This document shows positions 10,507 to 19,388 of a DNA stretch of 64,000 bases, piece by piece (positions within the stretch are counted from its first letter, which is position 1; each line of letters opens with the position of its first letter). The stretch lies in the NCBI GenBank assembly GCA_042408215.1, contig JAYFMW010000014.1, positions 49,555-113,554 on the forward strand. Reading direction: 5' to 3'. The position numbers and the translations under genes were made by a program. The stretch is from Microcoleus sp. Lineage in GTDB: Bacteria > Cyanobacteriota > Cyanobacteriia > Cyanobacteriales > Microcoleaceae. Below the pieces are notes generated by a model that had not been told where the DNA came from, searched no databases, and saw only the letters and a program-made list of their open reading frames with translations.

Positions 10507-11291
10507 AAGCAAAGGAATCAGGTGGCGGGCAGAAATATCTCGTTTCCTGGTTTTCGGGAACCATAAAATAGAACCTCTGGCTGATACAGCAATCCTCAGC
10601 GATCGGTAAAATAAGTGTACGGGCAATCCCCGTACCATAGGTGTCAACTTAAGATTGAAACCCATAATAAATGTCGCTTAAAGTCGAGTCTAGATCCCCC
10701 TCCCATCCCCCTTAAGAAGGGAGTAGGGTGTGAGCAGGGGTTGACGAAAGATCGTACTCTTGTCCCACCCCCTACCCCCCTTAATAAGGGGGGTTAGGGG
10801 GGATCGAGACTTCGAGAAAACTCTTGTCTCCGCTCTGATTAAGGGGGATGCGAGGGGGTTCTGGACTTGGTGAACCCTAGGAGATTTGTATTTCTTGATT
10901 AGGCCCGATCGCACATAGCTTCAAACACACCCCCTGGAATAAACCGACACAACGCCCTCCGCCGATCGTCCGCATCTTGGCGGTTGACAAAACGGGCGAT
11001 CGTATAATGCTGAGCATTCGGTAAAATTCGGACGATCGCCCAAGAATTGCGTAGGCGCAAGCCGGGGCGTAGCCATCGCCCTCCTTTGAGATTTCAGGTA
11101 TTTTCGATCGCGGATTTGAGTTGAGTTCGATCGCGGGGCGATCGTCGGAGAATTCGCCTTTCTGAGAGTGTTGAGATAGCGGGCGATCGCACTTCCTTTC
11201 AGATTCGCCCCGACGCGCAGAATCAGAAACACCGCCAAGCTTTCGAGCTCTGGCTGAGTCATGCACGCGCGATCGGCCTCAAAGTCCTCAT

Positions 11292-12571
11292 CAGAGAATT
11301 GGGTAGAAACCCCGTCCTTTAGGACGGCTTTACATTTAATATGTTAGTATGTGAAGTATGGAAAAAGCTCACCGTTACCGATTTTACCCAACGCCTGAAC
11401 AAGAGTCGCTATTGCGACGCACATTGGGCTGCGTAAGATTGGTTTACAACAAGGCTCTCCACGAGAGAACCCAGGCTTGGTACGAGAGACAAGAAAGAGT
11501 TGGATACAACCAGACTTCTTCTATGCTGACTCAATGGAAAAAAGAGGAAGATCTTGATTTTCTGAATGAGGTTAGCTGCGTACCATTGCAACAAGGGCTT
11601 AGACATCTTCAAACTGCTTTCACTAATTTTTTCGCAGTCAGGACTAAATATCCCAACTTCAAGAAGAAACATCATGGTGGCAGTGCTGAGTTTACTAAAT
11701 CGGCTTTTAAGTTCAAAAATAAAGAAATTTATCTTGCCAAAAACTCTGAGCCATTACCGATTAAATGGTCTAGACAAATTCCCAAAGGATGTGAACCGAG
11801 CAGTGTAACGGTTAGTCTCCATCCCTCTGGACGCTGGCAGATCTCGATTAGGTTTGATGCTCCAACGATTCAACCTTTGCCCATTAGCGACAATTCTGTA
11901 GGAATAGATTTGGGAATAACGAGTTTGATTGCGACCAGTAATGGTGACAAGATCGCTAATCCCAAGCATTTAAAAAAGCATCTAAAGCGTTTGAAGAAAG
12001 CGCAAAAGAATCTTTATCGTAAACAGAAAGGTTCCAAAAACAGAGAAAAGGCGAGAATTAAGGTTGCTAAAATTCACCTGAAAATCTCCGACGATCGCAA
12101 AAATTTATTGCATAAGTTGACAACTCAATTGGTCCGCGAAAATCAAACAATTGCTGTTGAGTCGTTGGCGGTTAAGAATATGGTCAAAAACCCTAAACTC
12201 GCCTTGGCTATTTCTGATAGCGGATGGAGTGAATTGATTCGACAACTGGATTACAAATGTCGTTGGTACGGAAGGAAATTGGTCGCAATTGACCGATGGT
12301 TTCCTAGTTCCAAGCGTTGTAGCCACTGTGGGCAGATTGTCGATAAAATGCCTCTTAATATTCGTGATTGGACTTGTCCGAGTTGTGGTTGTAACCACGC
12401 TCGGGATGTCAACGCAAGTAAAAACATTTTGGCCGCTGGACTAGCGGTGTCAGTCTGGGGAGCGAGTGTAAGACCAGAGCAGAGTAAATCTGTTAAGGCT
12501 TCTGCTATGAAACAGAAACTTAAATCGTGAGGTTTAGGAATCCTAGCCCTTTAGGGCGGGGAGGATGTCAA
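11292..12571 (+). mobile_element. IS605/IS1341-type tnpB element, target TCAT
   Basis: TCAT|cagagaattgggta-GAAA-ccccgtcctttaggacgg left end; GAAT-hairpin-TCAA right end. The flanks rejoin in frame (KVLI-LEQAVRERQ). Confidence 0.85.
11358..12530 (+). CDS. tnpB: RNA-guided endonuclease TnpB
   Basis: YRFYPT HTH, GIDLG, AVESL, CSHC...CPSC, RDVNAS. Confidence 0.95.
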   Translation: MEKAHRYRFYPTPEQESLLRRTLGCVRLVYNKALHERTQAWYERQERVGYNQTSSMLTQWKKEEDLDFLNEVSCVPLQQGLRHLQTAFTNFFAVRTKYPNFKKKHHGGSAEFTKSAFKFKNKEIYLAKNSEPLPIKWSRQIPKGCEPSSVTVSLHPSGRWQISIRFDAPTIQPLPISDNSVGIDLGITSLIATSNGDKIANPKHLKKHLKRLKKAQKNLYRKQKGSKNREKARIKVAKIHLKISDDRKNLLHKLTTQLVRENQTIAVESLAVKNMVKNPKLALAISDSGWSELIRQLDYKCRWYGRKLVAIDRWFPSSKRCSHCGQIVDKMPLNIRDWTCPSCGCNHARDVNASKNILAAGLAVSVWGASVRPEQSKSVKASAMKQKLKS

Positions 12572-12771
12572 TTTGGAACAAGCTGTCAGAGAACGCCAAA
12601 AACAAATGCAAAAACAGTCCCCACCATCCGATGAGAAACAAGATCAAAATTGAGTGGAGTTGAGGCGATCGATCTTTTACTCCTTTCCCGGTAGAAGATT
12701 ATCTACTTCTTCCTGATTCTTCCTGAGTCTTCCTTCGTGTCATAAGCGTCTTCGCGGTTCAATAATACTAA

Positions 12772-13530
12772 ATGAAATTTATCGGCATAGACTTAGGTTG
12801 GAGTTCAGGAGCAAGCGGCTTGTGCTGCTTAAACTGGGAAAACAATCAATTACAATTCCTAGAGTGCGATCGCCAACAATCCCTTAACGACATTCTCACC
12901 TGGATCGACACCCAAATCTCCCCAAGCGAAGCAGCAATAATCGCAGTAGACGCCCCCACAATCATCGCCAACCCTACGGGAATGCGCGACGCCGACAAAC
13001 TCACCCACAAACACTTCGGGCGCTACCACGCAGGCTGCTATCCCGCCAACCTATCACGCCCCTTCGCCCAAAAAACCGTAGAATTTGGTCTCAGTTTAGA
13101 AAGCCGAGGATTTGTCCACGCACCAACTATTGAAGCTCAAAAATTAGGCAGATATCAAATAGAAGTATTTCCCCATCCAGCCACAATAAACTTATTTAAA
13201 TTAGACAGAATACTTAAATATAAAAAAGGAAAACTGGCAGAACGTCAACTAGAATTGATGAAACTCTGCCAGTATATTAGAGATATTTTACCGACTCTTG
13301 AACCCTCTCTAAATCTGTCTTGTGGCACAGGCATCTTGCCTGTGAGCTGTGGCGGTTCAAAACTCCCCGAAATCCCCACCAGTGTTGCAACTCTCAAAGC
13401 CTTAGAAGACCAGCTAGATGCCTTGCTGTGCGCTTATATAGGCGCTCACTGGTGGTACTGGGGAATCGAGCGGAATTTGGTATTGGGCGATCGCACCACC
13501 GGCTACATCGTCATTCCCCAACTTCGATAA
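12772..13530 (+). CDS. DUF429-family (RNase H-like) protein
   Basis: FIGIDLGWSSG, IAVDAP, IEVFPHPA, EDQLDALLCA, GYIVIP. Confidence 0.8.
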   Translation: MKFIGIDLGWSSGASGLCCLNWENNQLQFLECDRQQSLNDILTWIDTQISPSEAAIIAVDAPTIIANPTGMRDADKLTHKHFGRYHAGCYPANLSRPFAQKTVEFGLSLESRGFVHAPTIEAQKLGRYQIEVFPHPATINLFKLDRILKYKKGKLAERQLELMKLCQYIRDILPTLEPSLNLSCGTGILPVSCGGSKLPEIPTSVATLKALEDQLDALLCAYIGAHWWYWGIERNLVLGDRTTGYIVIPQLR

Positions 13531-13630
13531 GGAGAGAAGGAGAGAAGGAGAATGGGAGAATTAGAAAAATCTCCCTTGATTGTTATTTCTCCTGACTGCT
13601 GACTAATGACTGCTGACTAATGACTACCTT

Positions 13631-16189
13631 CTAATGTGCCCAGAGAATCACGCCAGCTTCATAGGGACTGCTGAGATTGTCGTGCTTCGGCAAAACCCGG
13701 AGCGACAAACCTTGCAAGCCGCTAGAAGTATAGGTAATGTCAGCGGTATAAAGACTAGCATTGTGAGCATCTTCTCCCAAATACTCCATTACCACCGGCA
13801 CGCCACCGATAATATCGCCGTTAACATCGATCGAACCTTGATAAAGTTCGACTTGTACGTCAGCCGGCGTCAATCCCATGAGATTAATCCGAGCTTTCAC
13901 ATCGATCGACTGATTGACCTTAACTTCCTTATCCTGGGAAATATCCACAGCCTCAATCTTAATATCGTGCCACTTAGCGAGCACCTGCTTCTTCCAGTGA
14001 GACAACTCCTTAGCCGGAGCACACTGCTCCGAAGTCATAGTGTGGAATCGATCGCTGACTGGGAAATAAGCCCGCCGCGCGTAATCCTTCACCATCCGAG
14101 CCGTATTGAACAAAGGACAATTCAAGCGAATAGAATCCTTCATTTTCGCCGTCCAACCACGGGGAATTCCATCAGAATCCCGGTTGTAAAACAGCGGTAC
14201 AACTTCCTTCTCCATCAACTCGTACAAAGCATTAGCTTCGACATCATCCTGATACTTAGTATCTTCGTAAAACTCCCCATGTCCGATCGGCCAACCGGTG
14301 CGAACATAATCCGCCTCATCCCACCAGCCATCAAGAATACTCAGATTCGGCAAACCATTCATCGAAGCCTTCATCCCCGAAGTACCCGAAGCCTCCCTAG
14401 GGCGGCGCGGCGTATTCAGCCACACATCACAGCCAGAAACCATCATCCGAGCCACGTTAATGTCGTAATTCGGAAGGAACACCATCGAACTCATCGTGTC
14501 GTGTTCGCGGATAAAGTGAACAATATCCCGAATCAATTCCTTACCCGGAATATCCATCGGGTGAGCCTTCCCAGCAATCACAAACTGCACCGGGCGGTTT
14601 TTGTCCCGCATGATCCGCATAATTCGCTCGACATCGCGCAAAAACAGCGTAGCCCGCTTATAAGTAGCAAAGCGGCGTGCAAAGCCGATCGTCAGCACCT
14701 TCGGATCGAGAGCCTCCCGTGCGTGCTCAATTTCCCCTTGAGCAGCACCCCGCTCACGCAAAGTCTTTTGCAGCCACTCCCGCGCGAACACCACCAACTC
14801 CGATCGACAGCGTTCATGATTCCGCCACAATTCCTCATCAGGAATCGAAGCCATCTTATCCCACAGGCGATCGTCCTTGCGAGTCATTTCCCAATCCGGG
14901 CCCAGGTAGCGATCGTACAGTTCCTGAGTAGACTTAGCCACACAACTGCGAGCGTGTACCCCGTTTGTAATCGAAGTAATCGGCACCTCATCCACCGGCA
15001 AACCCGGCCACAGGCCCCCAAACATCGGGCGCGACACCTCACCATGCAAAGCCGCCACCCCGTTGACAAAACTCGACATTTTAATTGCCAAAATTGCCAT
15101 ATTCAGAGGTGCGGACAAATCGCCAGTATTCTCCCGGCCCAACCCCAGAAACTCATCTTGCGACAACCCAAACATCCTGGGATATTGACCGAGATAGTGC
15201 ATCACCATATCCGGCTCGAACAAGTCAAACCCAGCAGGGACTGGCGTGTGAGTCGTAAACATACTGCTGGACACCACCACCTGTTCCGCTTCCTCAAAAG
15301 TCAGGTGATATTCCTCCATCAGCATCCGTATCCGTTCCAAAGCCATGAAAGCCGCGTGGCCTTCATTCATGTGATAGGCCGTGACTTTCAGCCCCAGGGC
15401 TTTCATCATTTTCACACCACCGATGCCCAGCATAATTTCTTGGTGCATCCGCAGGGTTTTATCGCCGCCGTACAGTTGGTCGGTAATATCTTGGTCGTAG
15501 CGGCTGTTCGGTTCAATATTCGTATCCATCAGGTACAGAGGGACCGTACCCACTTGCACCCGCCAAATCCGCGCGTAAACCTTGCGGCCTGGATAGTCCA
15601 CCTCAATCCGCAATTCCGAACCGTCGGGATTGCGTTCTGGGTGGAGTGGCATATTGTAGAAATCGTTGAGCGGATAGCGTTCTTGCTGCCAGCCGTCAGC
15701 GTTGAGATACTGCGAGAAATAGCCTTCTTGGTAAAGCAGGCCAATGCCGACTAGGGGCAAGCCCAAATCGCTAGCAGATTTGAGGTGGTCGCCAGCGAGC
15801 ACGCCCAAACCGCCGGAATAGATGGGCAGGGCTTTGACTAAACCAAATTCCATCGAAAAGTAAGCGTAGCATTCATGCTGCTCGGTGCCGCGCTGTTTGC
15901 GGTACCAGGCGCGATTTTTGAGGTAATCGTCTAATTGCTGGGCCGCCCGGTTCATTTGGGCGATGAAGCCTTGGTCTTCGGCCATTTCTTGCAGTCGCTC
16001 TTGAGAAATGGTTCCCAGCATCAGCACCGGGTTTTGGTTGCTGGAGTCCCAGAGGTCTCTATCTAGGCGACGGAAGAGGTCTTTGGTTTCGACGTTCCAG
16101 TCCCAGTGCAAGTTGTAGGCAAGCTTGCGTAGGGGTTCGAGAATTGTCGGTAGGGAAGGGGAAACGTTAAATGTGCGAATCGGCTGCAT
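13631..16189 (-). CDS. glgP: Alpha-glucan (glycogen) phosphorylase
   Basis: YSGGLGVLAGDHLKSASD, GFARRFATYKR, EASGTSGMK PLP-lysine motif. Confidence 0.95.
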   Translation of the reverse strand: MQPIRTFNVSPSLPTILEPLRKLAYNLHWDWNVETKDLFRRLDRDLWDSSNQNPVLMLGTISQERLQEMAEDQGFIAQMNRAAQQLDDYLKNRAWYRKQRGTEQHECYAYFSMEFGLVKALPIYSGGLGVLAGDHLKSASDLGLPLVGIGLLYQEGYFSQYLNADGWQQERYPLNDFYNMPLHPERNPDGSELRIEVDYPGRKVYARIWRVQVGTVPLYLMDTNIEPNSRYDQDITDQLYGGDKTLRMHQEIMLGIGGVKMMKALGLKVTAYHMNEGHAAFMALERIRMLMEEYHLTFEEAEQVVVSSSMFTTHTPVPAGFDLFEPDMVMHYLGQYPRMFGLSQDEFLGLGRENTGDLSAPLNMAILAIKMSSFVNGVAALHGEVSRPMFGGLWPGLPVDEVPITSITNGVHARSCVAKSTQELYDRYLGPDWEMTRKDDRLWDKMASIPDEELWRNHERCRSELVVFAREWLQKTLRERGAAQGEIEHAREALDPKVLTIGFARRFATYKRATLFLRDVERIMRIMRDKNRPVQFVIAGKAHPMDIPGKELIRDIVHFIREHDTMSSMVFLPNYDINVARMMVSGCDVWLNTPRRPREASGTSGMKASMNGLPNLSILDGWWDEADYVRTGWPIGHGEFYEDTKYQDDVEANALYELMEKEVVPLFYNRDSDGIPRGWTAKMKDSIRLNCPLFNTARMVKDYARRAYFPVSDRFHTMTSEQCAPAKELSHWKKQVLAKWHDIKIEAVDISQDKEVKVNQSIDVKARINLMGLTPADVQVELYQGSIDVNGDIIGGVPVVMEYLGEDAHNASLYTADITYTSSGLQGLSLRVLPKHDNLSSPYEAGVILWAH

Positions 16190-16374
16190 AGACAACTTCT
16201 ATATTTTGGGGTAGGGATATTTTCCTATGTCTTTGGGTACAAGTCCGTCAATCTGCACACTATTTTAAGTTTTAACTCGCGGGGGGGCGATCGGCTGTCA
16301 CCTTAACTTCAACTTCTGTGGCGGTTTTAAGGGCGATCGCCCTTAAAACCGCCCAACGTCTGAGCCAGAAATTT

Positions 16375-16461
16375 TATTGAGGTTAGCTGCGTCCCATTGG
16401 AACAAGGATTGCGCCATCTCCAAGCAACTTTTAGTAACTTCTTCGCCCGGGTGGATGTCAA
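16375..16461 (+). pseudogene. tnpB fragment fused to a right-end remnant (ggatgtcaa)
   Basis: Translates EVSCVPLEQGLRHLQATFSNFF, matching EVSCVPLQQGLRHLQTAFTNFF of TnpB 11358..12530. Confidence 0.7.
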
Positions 16462-16543
16462 CCCTCCTTGTTTATTCTGGCGGTTGAGGTAGGAACACCA
16501 ATAAGCTAAACTTGTATCCGATCGCCAAATTAACTACAAGGCA

Positions 16544-16905
16544 GTCAGCAACTCAGGTCTAAAGACACTGAGCTTGTAAGAAATTATAAGCTGTGCTGAC
16601 CAGACCCCTCTTCTGAGGAGACGTTATTTAGGTCACGATACCGGAGAATGCGACGCTAGTTTTCCGCTCTATCATCTGCAATTAAACAGTTTTAAAGTCA
16701 CTGAAACAGTGTTGCAGGTCTAACAAGCCTTTATAACCAGGTCGAAGCGAACATTACCCGAAAGGGAAAGAGAGACAACCATATCTCCCTAGAGGGGCAA
16801 CCATACCCCTCTCCCTCGCAAGGGGGATTGAAGGCGGTTGAAACCGCCGAGTCGTTTCCCTCTCAGGTCTAAAGACTCTGAGTTTCCCACTTACCGAGCT
16901 TTTTT
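16544..16905 (+). mobile_element. ORF-less IscB/IsrB-type element with a stand-alone omegaRNA; same family as 9210..9676
   Basis: Begins GTCAgcaactcaggtctaaagacactgagCTTG and ends gagtttcccacttaccgagctttttt|ATGA. Extensive similarity to 9210..9676. Confidence 0.85.
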
Positions 16906-17748
16906 ATGACTACTTCTGCACAGAAAAACCAGACCGAGATTTCCAATACAGTCTCATCAAATCCACAAATGTTATCTTTCCTGAAAATTATCGAGTATTT
17001 ATCCCTAGCTGCTTTTGCTGGTGTATGCCTCCTTACCAGAGTTTTTCCAGACAATCAACTTGTCGTTATCTGGGGAGCTGTTTTTCTCTCTAGCTTTATT
17101 TTTATCTTTCTGACCAATAGACAATTGGCTCAGAACTCTAGGAATCTGACTAATCAGTTAGAACTCGGAAGAAAAGCTGAATTATATAGTTATCTGTTGA
17201 ACCCGAATAATTCTTCAGAACACAATCTGATAACTCCCGTGAGAGTAAAGGCTTTACGATATTGCCAGGAGTTGATTGACGACTATAAAAAGACTAGAGA
17301 GACTTCGAGAAATATTTATTATACTTTCCAATTGGCAACCGTTATTTTATCGGGAGTCACACCAATTTTAGTATTGGTAGACAAATTGGAACCAGGTCAA
17401 ACTTTGCTCAAGTGGCTGCCCGTAATTTGTCCCGCTGTCGCCTCAATAGTCGCCAGTATAGTTACCTCCTTTCCTTTTCAGGAGAATTGGATTTCTGCTA
17501 ACACGACTGTGGAATTGTTAGAAGCGGAACAGGAGAAATTTATATTGGGAGTGACTCCGGCTTATCGTTGCTATGATGTAGCCGACGAAGCCCAACATCA
17601 ACAAATGACAAAAATGGCAATAGAAAACTTTATCAATCAGGTGAATGAAATTCATCTCAAGCAAATCCAAAAACCAGATGAGACACGATCAAATGAGCAG
17701 AATACAGAGCCCGATCAATCTACTGAGTCAAAGCAGGGGCAGAGTTAA
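16906..17748 (+). CDS. DUF4231/SLATT-like membrane protein
   Basis: Two N-terminal TM segments, then Y...QLATVILSGVTPIL...FPFQENW...ELLEAEQEKF. Confidence 0.7.
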   Translation: MTTSAQKNQTEISNTVSSNPQMLSFLKIIEYLSLAAFAGVCLLTRVFPDNQLVVIWGAVFLSSFIFIFLTNRQLAQNSRNLTNQLELGRKAELYSYLLNPNNSSEHNLITPVRVKALRYCQELIDDYKKTRETSRNIYYTFQLATVILSGVTPILVLVDKLEPGQTLLKWLPVICPAVASIVASIVTSFPFQENWISANTTVELLEAEQEKFILGVTPAYRCYDVADEAQHQQMTKMAIENFINQVNEIHLKQIQKPDETRSNEQNTEPDQSTESKQGQS

Positions 17749-17931
17749 CGAAGCTGACCATAAGCTGTGACGCAGATCGATCGTATAATAGACATCTCCC
17801 AAAAATGCTGTCAAAGGCAGGCAGGATGCCTAACCCCTACCCCCCACAGGAATTATGGGAGATGTCTAATAGAAAGACAAGACAAGTAATTGCTGCACAA
17901 TCGGTTCTACCAAAGATGCAGAGGCTCTCAC

Positions 17932-19360
17932 CGAAAGACGAGCGGGAAGCCCCTGGCTTTAGACATGGGGAGGAACGTGGTTGCGACTTACTTGAGGAGC
18001 CTGTATTTTTCTTGTCTTTTTAATCATTTGATAGCAGGTGAGAAGGTATAATACAAAAAGGAGGTAACAAAAATGTTTGGCTGCCAACAAAATCTAATTA
18101 GCCCTGATAAAGACCTCAAAGCAATTCTAGAATTCCTGTGCAGTGAGTCATCAAAATTGACTAATTGCGGAATCTATTACGCTCGTCAAATGTATTTCAA
18201 AACAGGTAAAATACCTAGTAGAGCCGAATTGCATAAAGTATTAGGCACTGAAAATCGCAATTTGCACTACCAAGCATTTTATTCGGATACTGCACAGCAG
18301 ATTCTAACTACTGTCGCCGAGTCTTTTAAGTCCTACATTGGACTATTAAAAGGCATTAAGGCAGGGACAGTAACTCAAAAGCCTAGACTACCCAATTATC
18401 GACAAGGTGGTCTAGCTTTGGTGACGTATACATGGCGCTCTGTAAAGCTAAAAGACGGGCTATTGAGATTTCCGCTAGGTACGCAGTTAAAAGCCTGGTT
18501 CGGACTGGATGCTTTTTATCTACCTATGCCTACAAACTTAGACCACACAGCAATCAGAGAGTATCGAATTCTACCTAGAAACGGCTGTTTTTACTTGGAA
18601 TTAATCTACAAAACTGAGAATATTGAAGCAGATGTAGACCCATCTAAAGCTTTGATGATCGACCACGGAATGAACAATTGGCTGACTTGTGTCAGTAATA
18701 TAGGGACTAGCTTTATTATTGATGGTTTGCATCTGAAGTCGATCAATCAAGGATACAATAAGCGTGTTGCTTTTTTGACGGAAGGGAAAGCGAATGGCTA
18801 TTGGTCAAAACGACTTGAGCGATTGACTGAAAATCGCAATCGGACGATGCGAGATGCTGTCAACAAAGCTGCTCGGAAGGTGATTAATCATTGTTTAGTC
18901 AACAATCTGGGTACTGTGATATGCGGCTGGAATGCTGGGATGAAAAATGGTCTGAATCTGGGAGCTAAAACTAACCAAAAGTTTGTTCAGATTCCAACTG
19001 GCAGACTCAAGGATAGAATCGCTCAATTGTGCGAGCAGTATAGAATTCGTTTTGTAGAAACTGAGGAGTCCTATACATCGAAAGCTTCGTTTATCGATCG
19101 AGATGTGCTACCTAAATTCTGCGAAAAACCAGAAGGGTGGCAACCTTGCGGTAAACGAATTCAGCGCGGATTGTATAGGACTTTTGAAGGTTTGTTAATT
19201 AATGCAGATTGCAATGGTGCAGCTAATATCGGTCGAAAAGTAGCGGCAACCTTGGGGCTTTGTCTTAAGGGAGTCAGTAGAGGTGCCTTGATAACGCCTT
19301 TGAAAGTCCCTTTGTGGTCTTAATCAAGAATCCCCCCGATTCATCGGTGGGGAGTATCAA
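17932..19360 (+). mobile_element. IS605-type tnpB element, target TCAC
   Basis: TCAC|cgaaagacgagcgg-GAAG-cccctggctttagacatgggg left end; GAAT-ccccccgattcatcggtgggg-agta-TCAA right end. Confidence 0.8.
18073..19323 (+). CDS. tnpB: TnpB of a different clade (IDHG...GWN...EESYTS...NAD)
   Basis: MIDHGMNN, TEESYTSKAS, RGLYR, INADCNGAANI. Confidence 0.9.
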   Translation: MFGCQQNLISPDKDLKAILEFLCSESSKLTNCGIYYARQMYFKTGKIPSRAELHKVLGTENRNLHYQAFYSDTAQQILTTVAESFKSYIGLLKGIKAGTVTQKPRLPNYRQGGLALVTYTWRSVKLKDGLLRFPLGTQLKAWFGLDAFYLPMPTNLDHTAIREYRILPRNGCFYLELIYKTENIEADVDPSKALMIDHGMNNWLTCVSNIGTSFIIDGLHLKSINQGYNKRVAFLTEGKANGYWSKRLERLTENRNRTMRDAVNKAARKVINHCLVNNLGTVICGWNAGMKNGLNLGAKTNQKFVQIPTGRLKDRIAQLCEQYRIRFVETEESYTSKASFIDRDVLPKFCEKPEGWQPCGKRIQRGLYRTFEGLLINADCNGAANIGRKVAATLGLCLKGVSRGALITPLKVPLWS

Positions 19361-19388
19361 TTAGCCCGATCGCCCTCACCGCTCCTTC

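Noticed and set aside
10615..11266. Short ORFs at 10615, 10690, 10877 and 10921
   Set aside because: Repeat-derived or antisense to a decayed plus-strand frame.
13634..15754. 706-aa plus-strand ORF
   Set aside because: Antisense shadow of glgP with no recognisable motifs.
18073..19323. Catalytically dead TnpB (TldR-like)
   Set aside because: RuvC-I and RuvC-III aspartates are present, and the GWN/EESYTS pattern fits a clade with a relocated glutamate. Intact transposon ends also argue against domestication.
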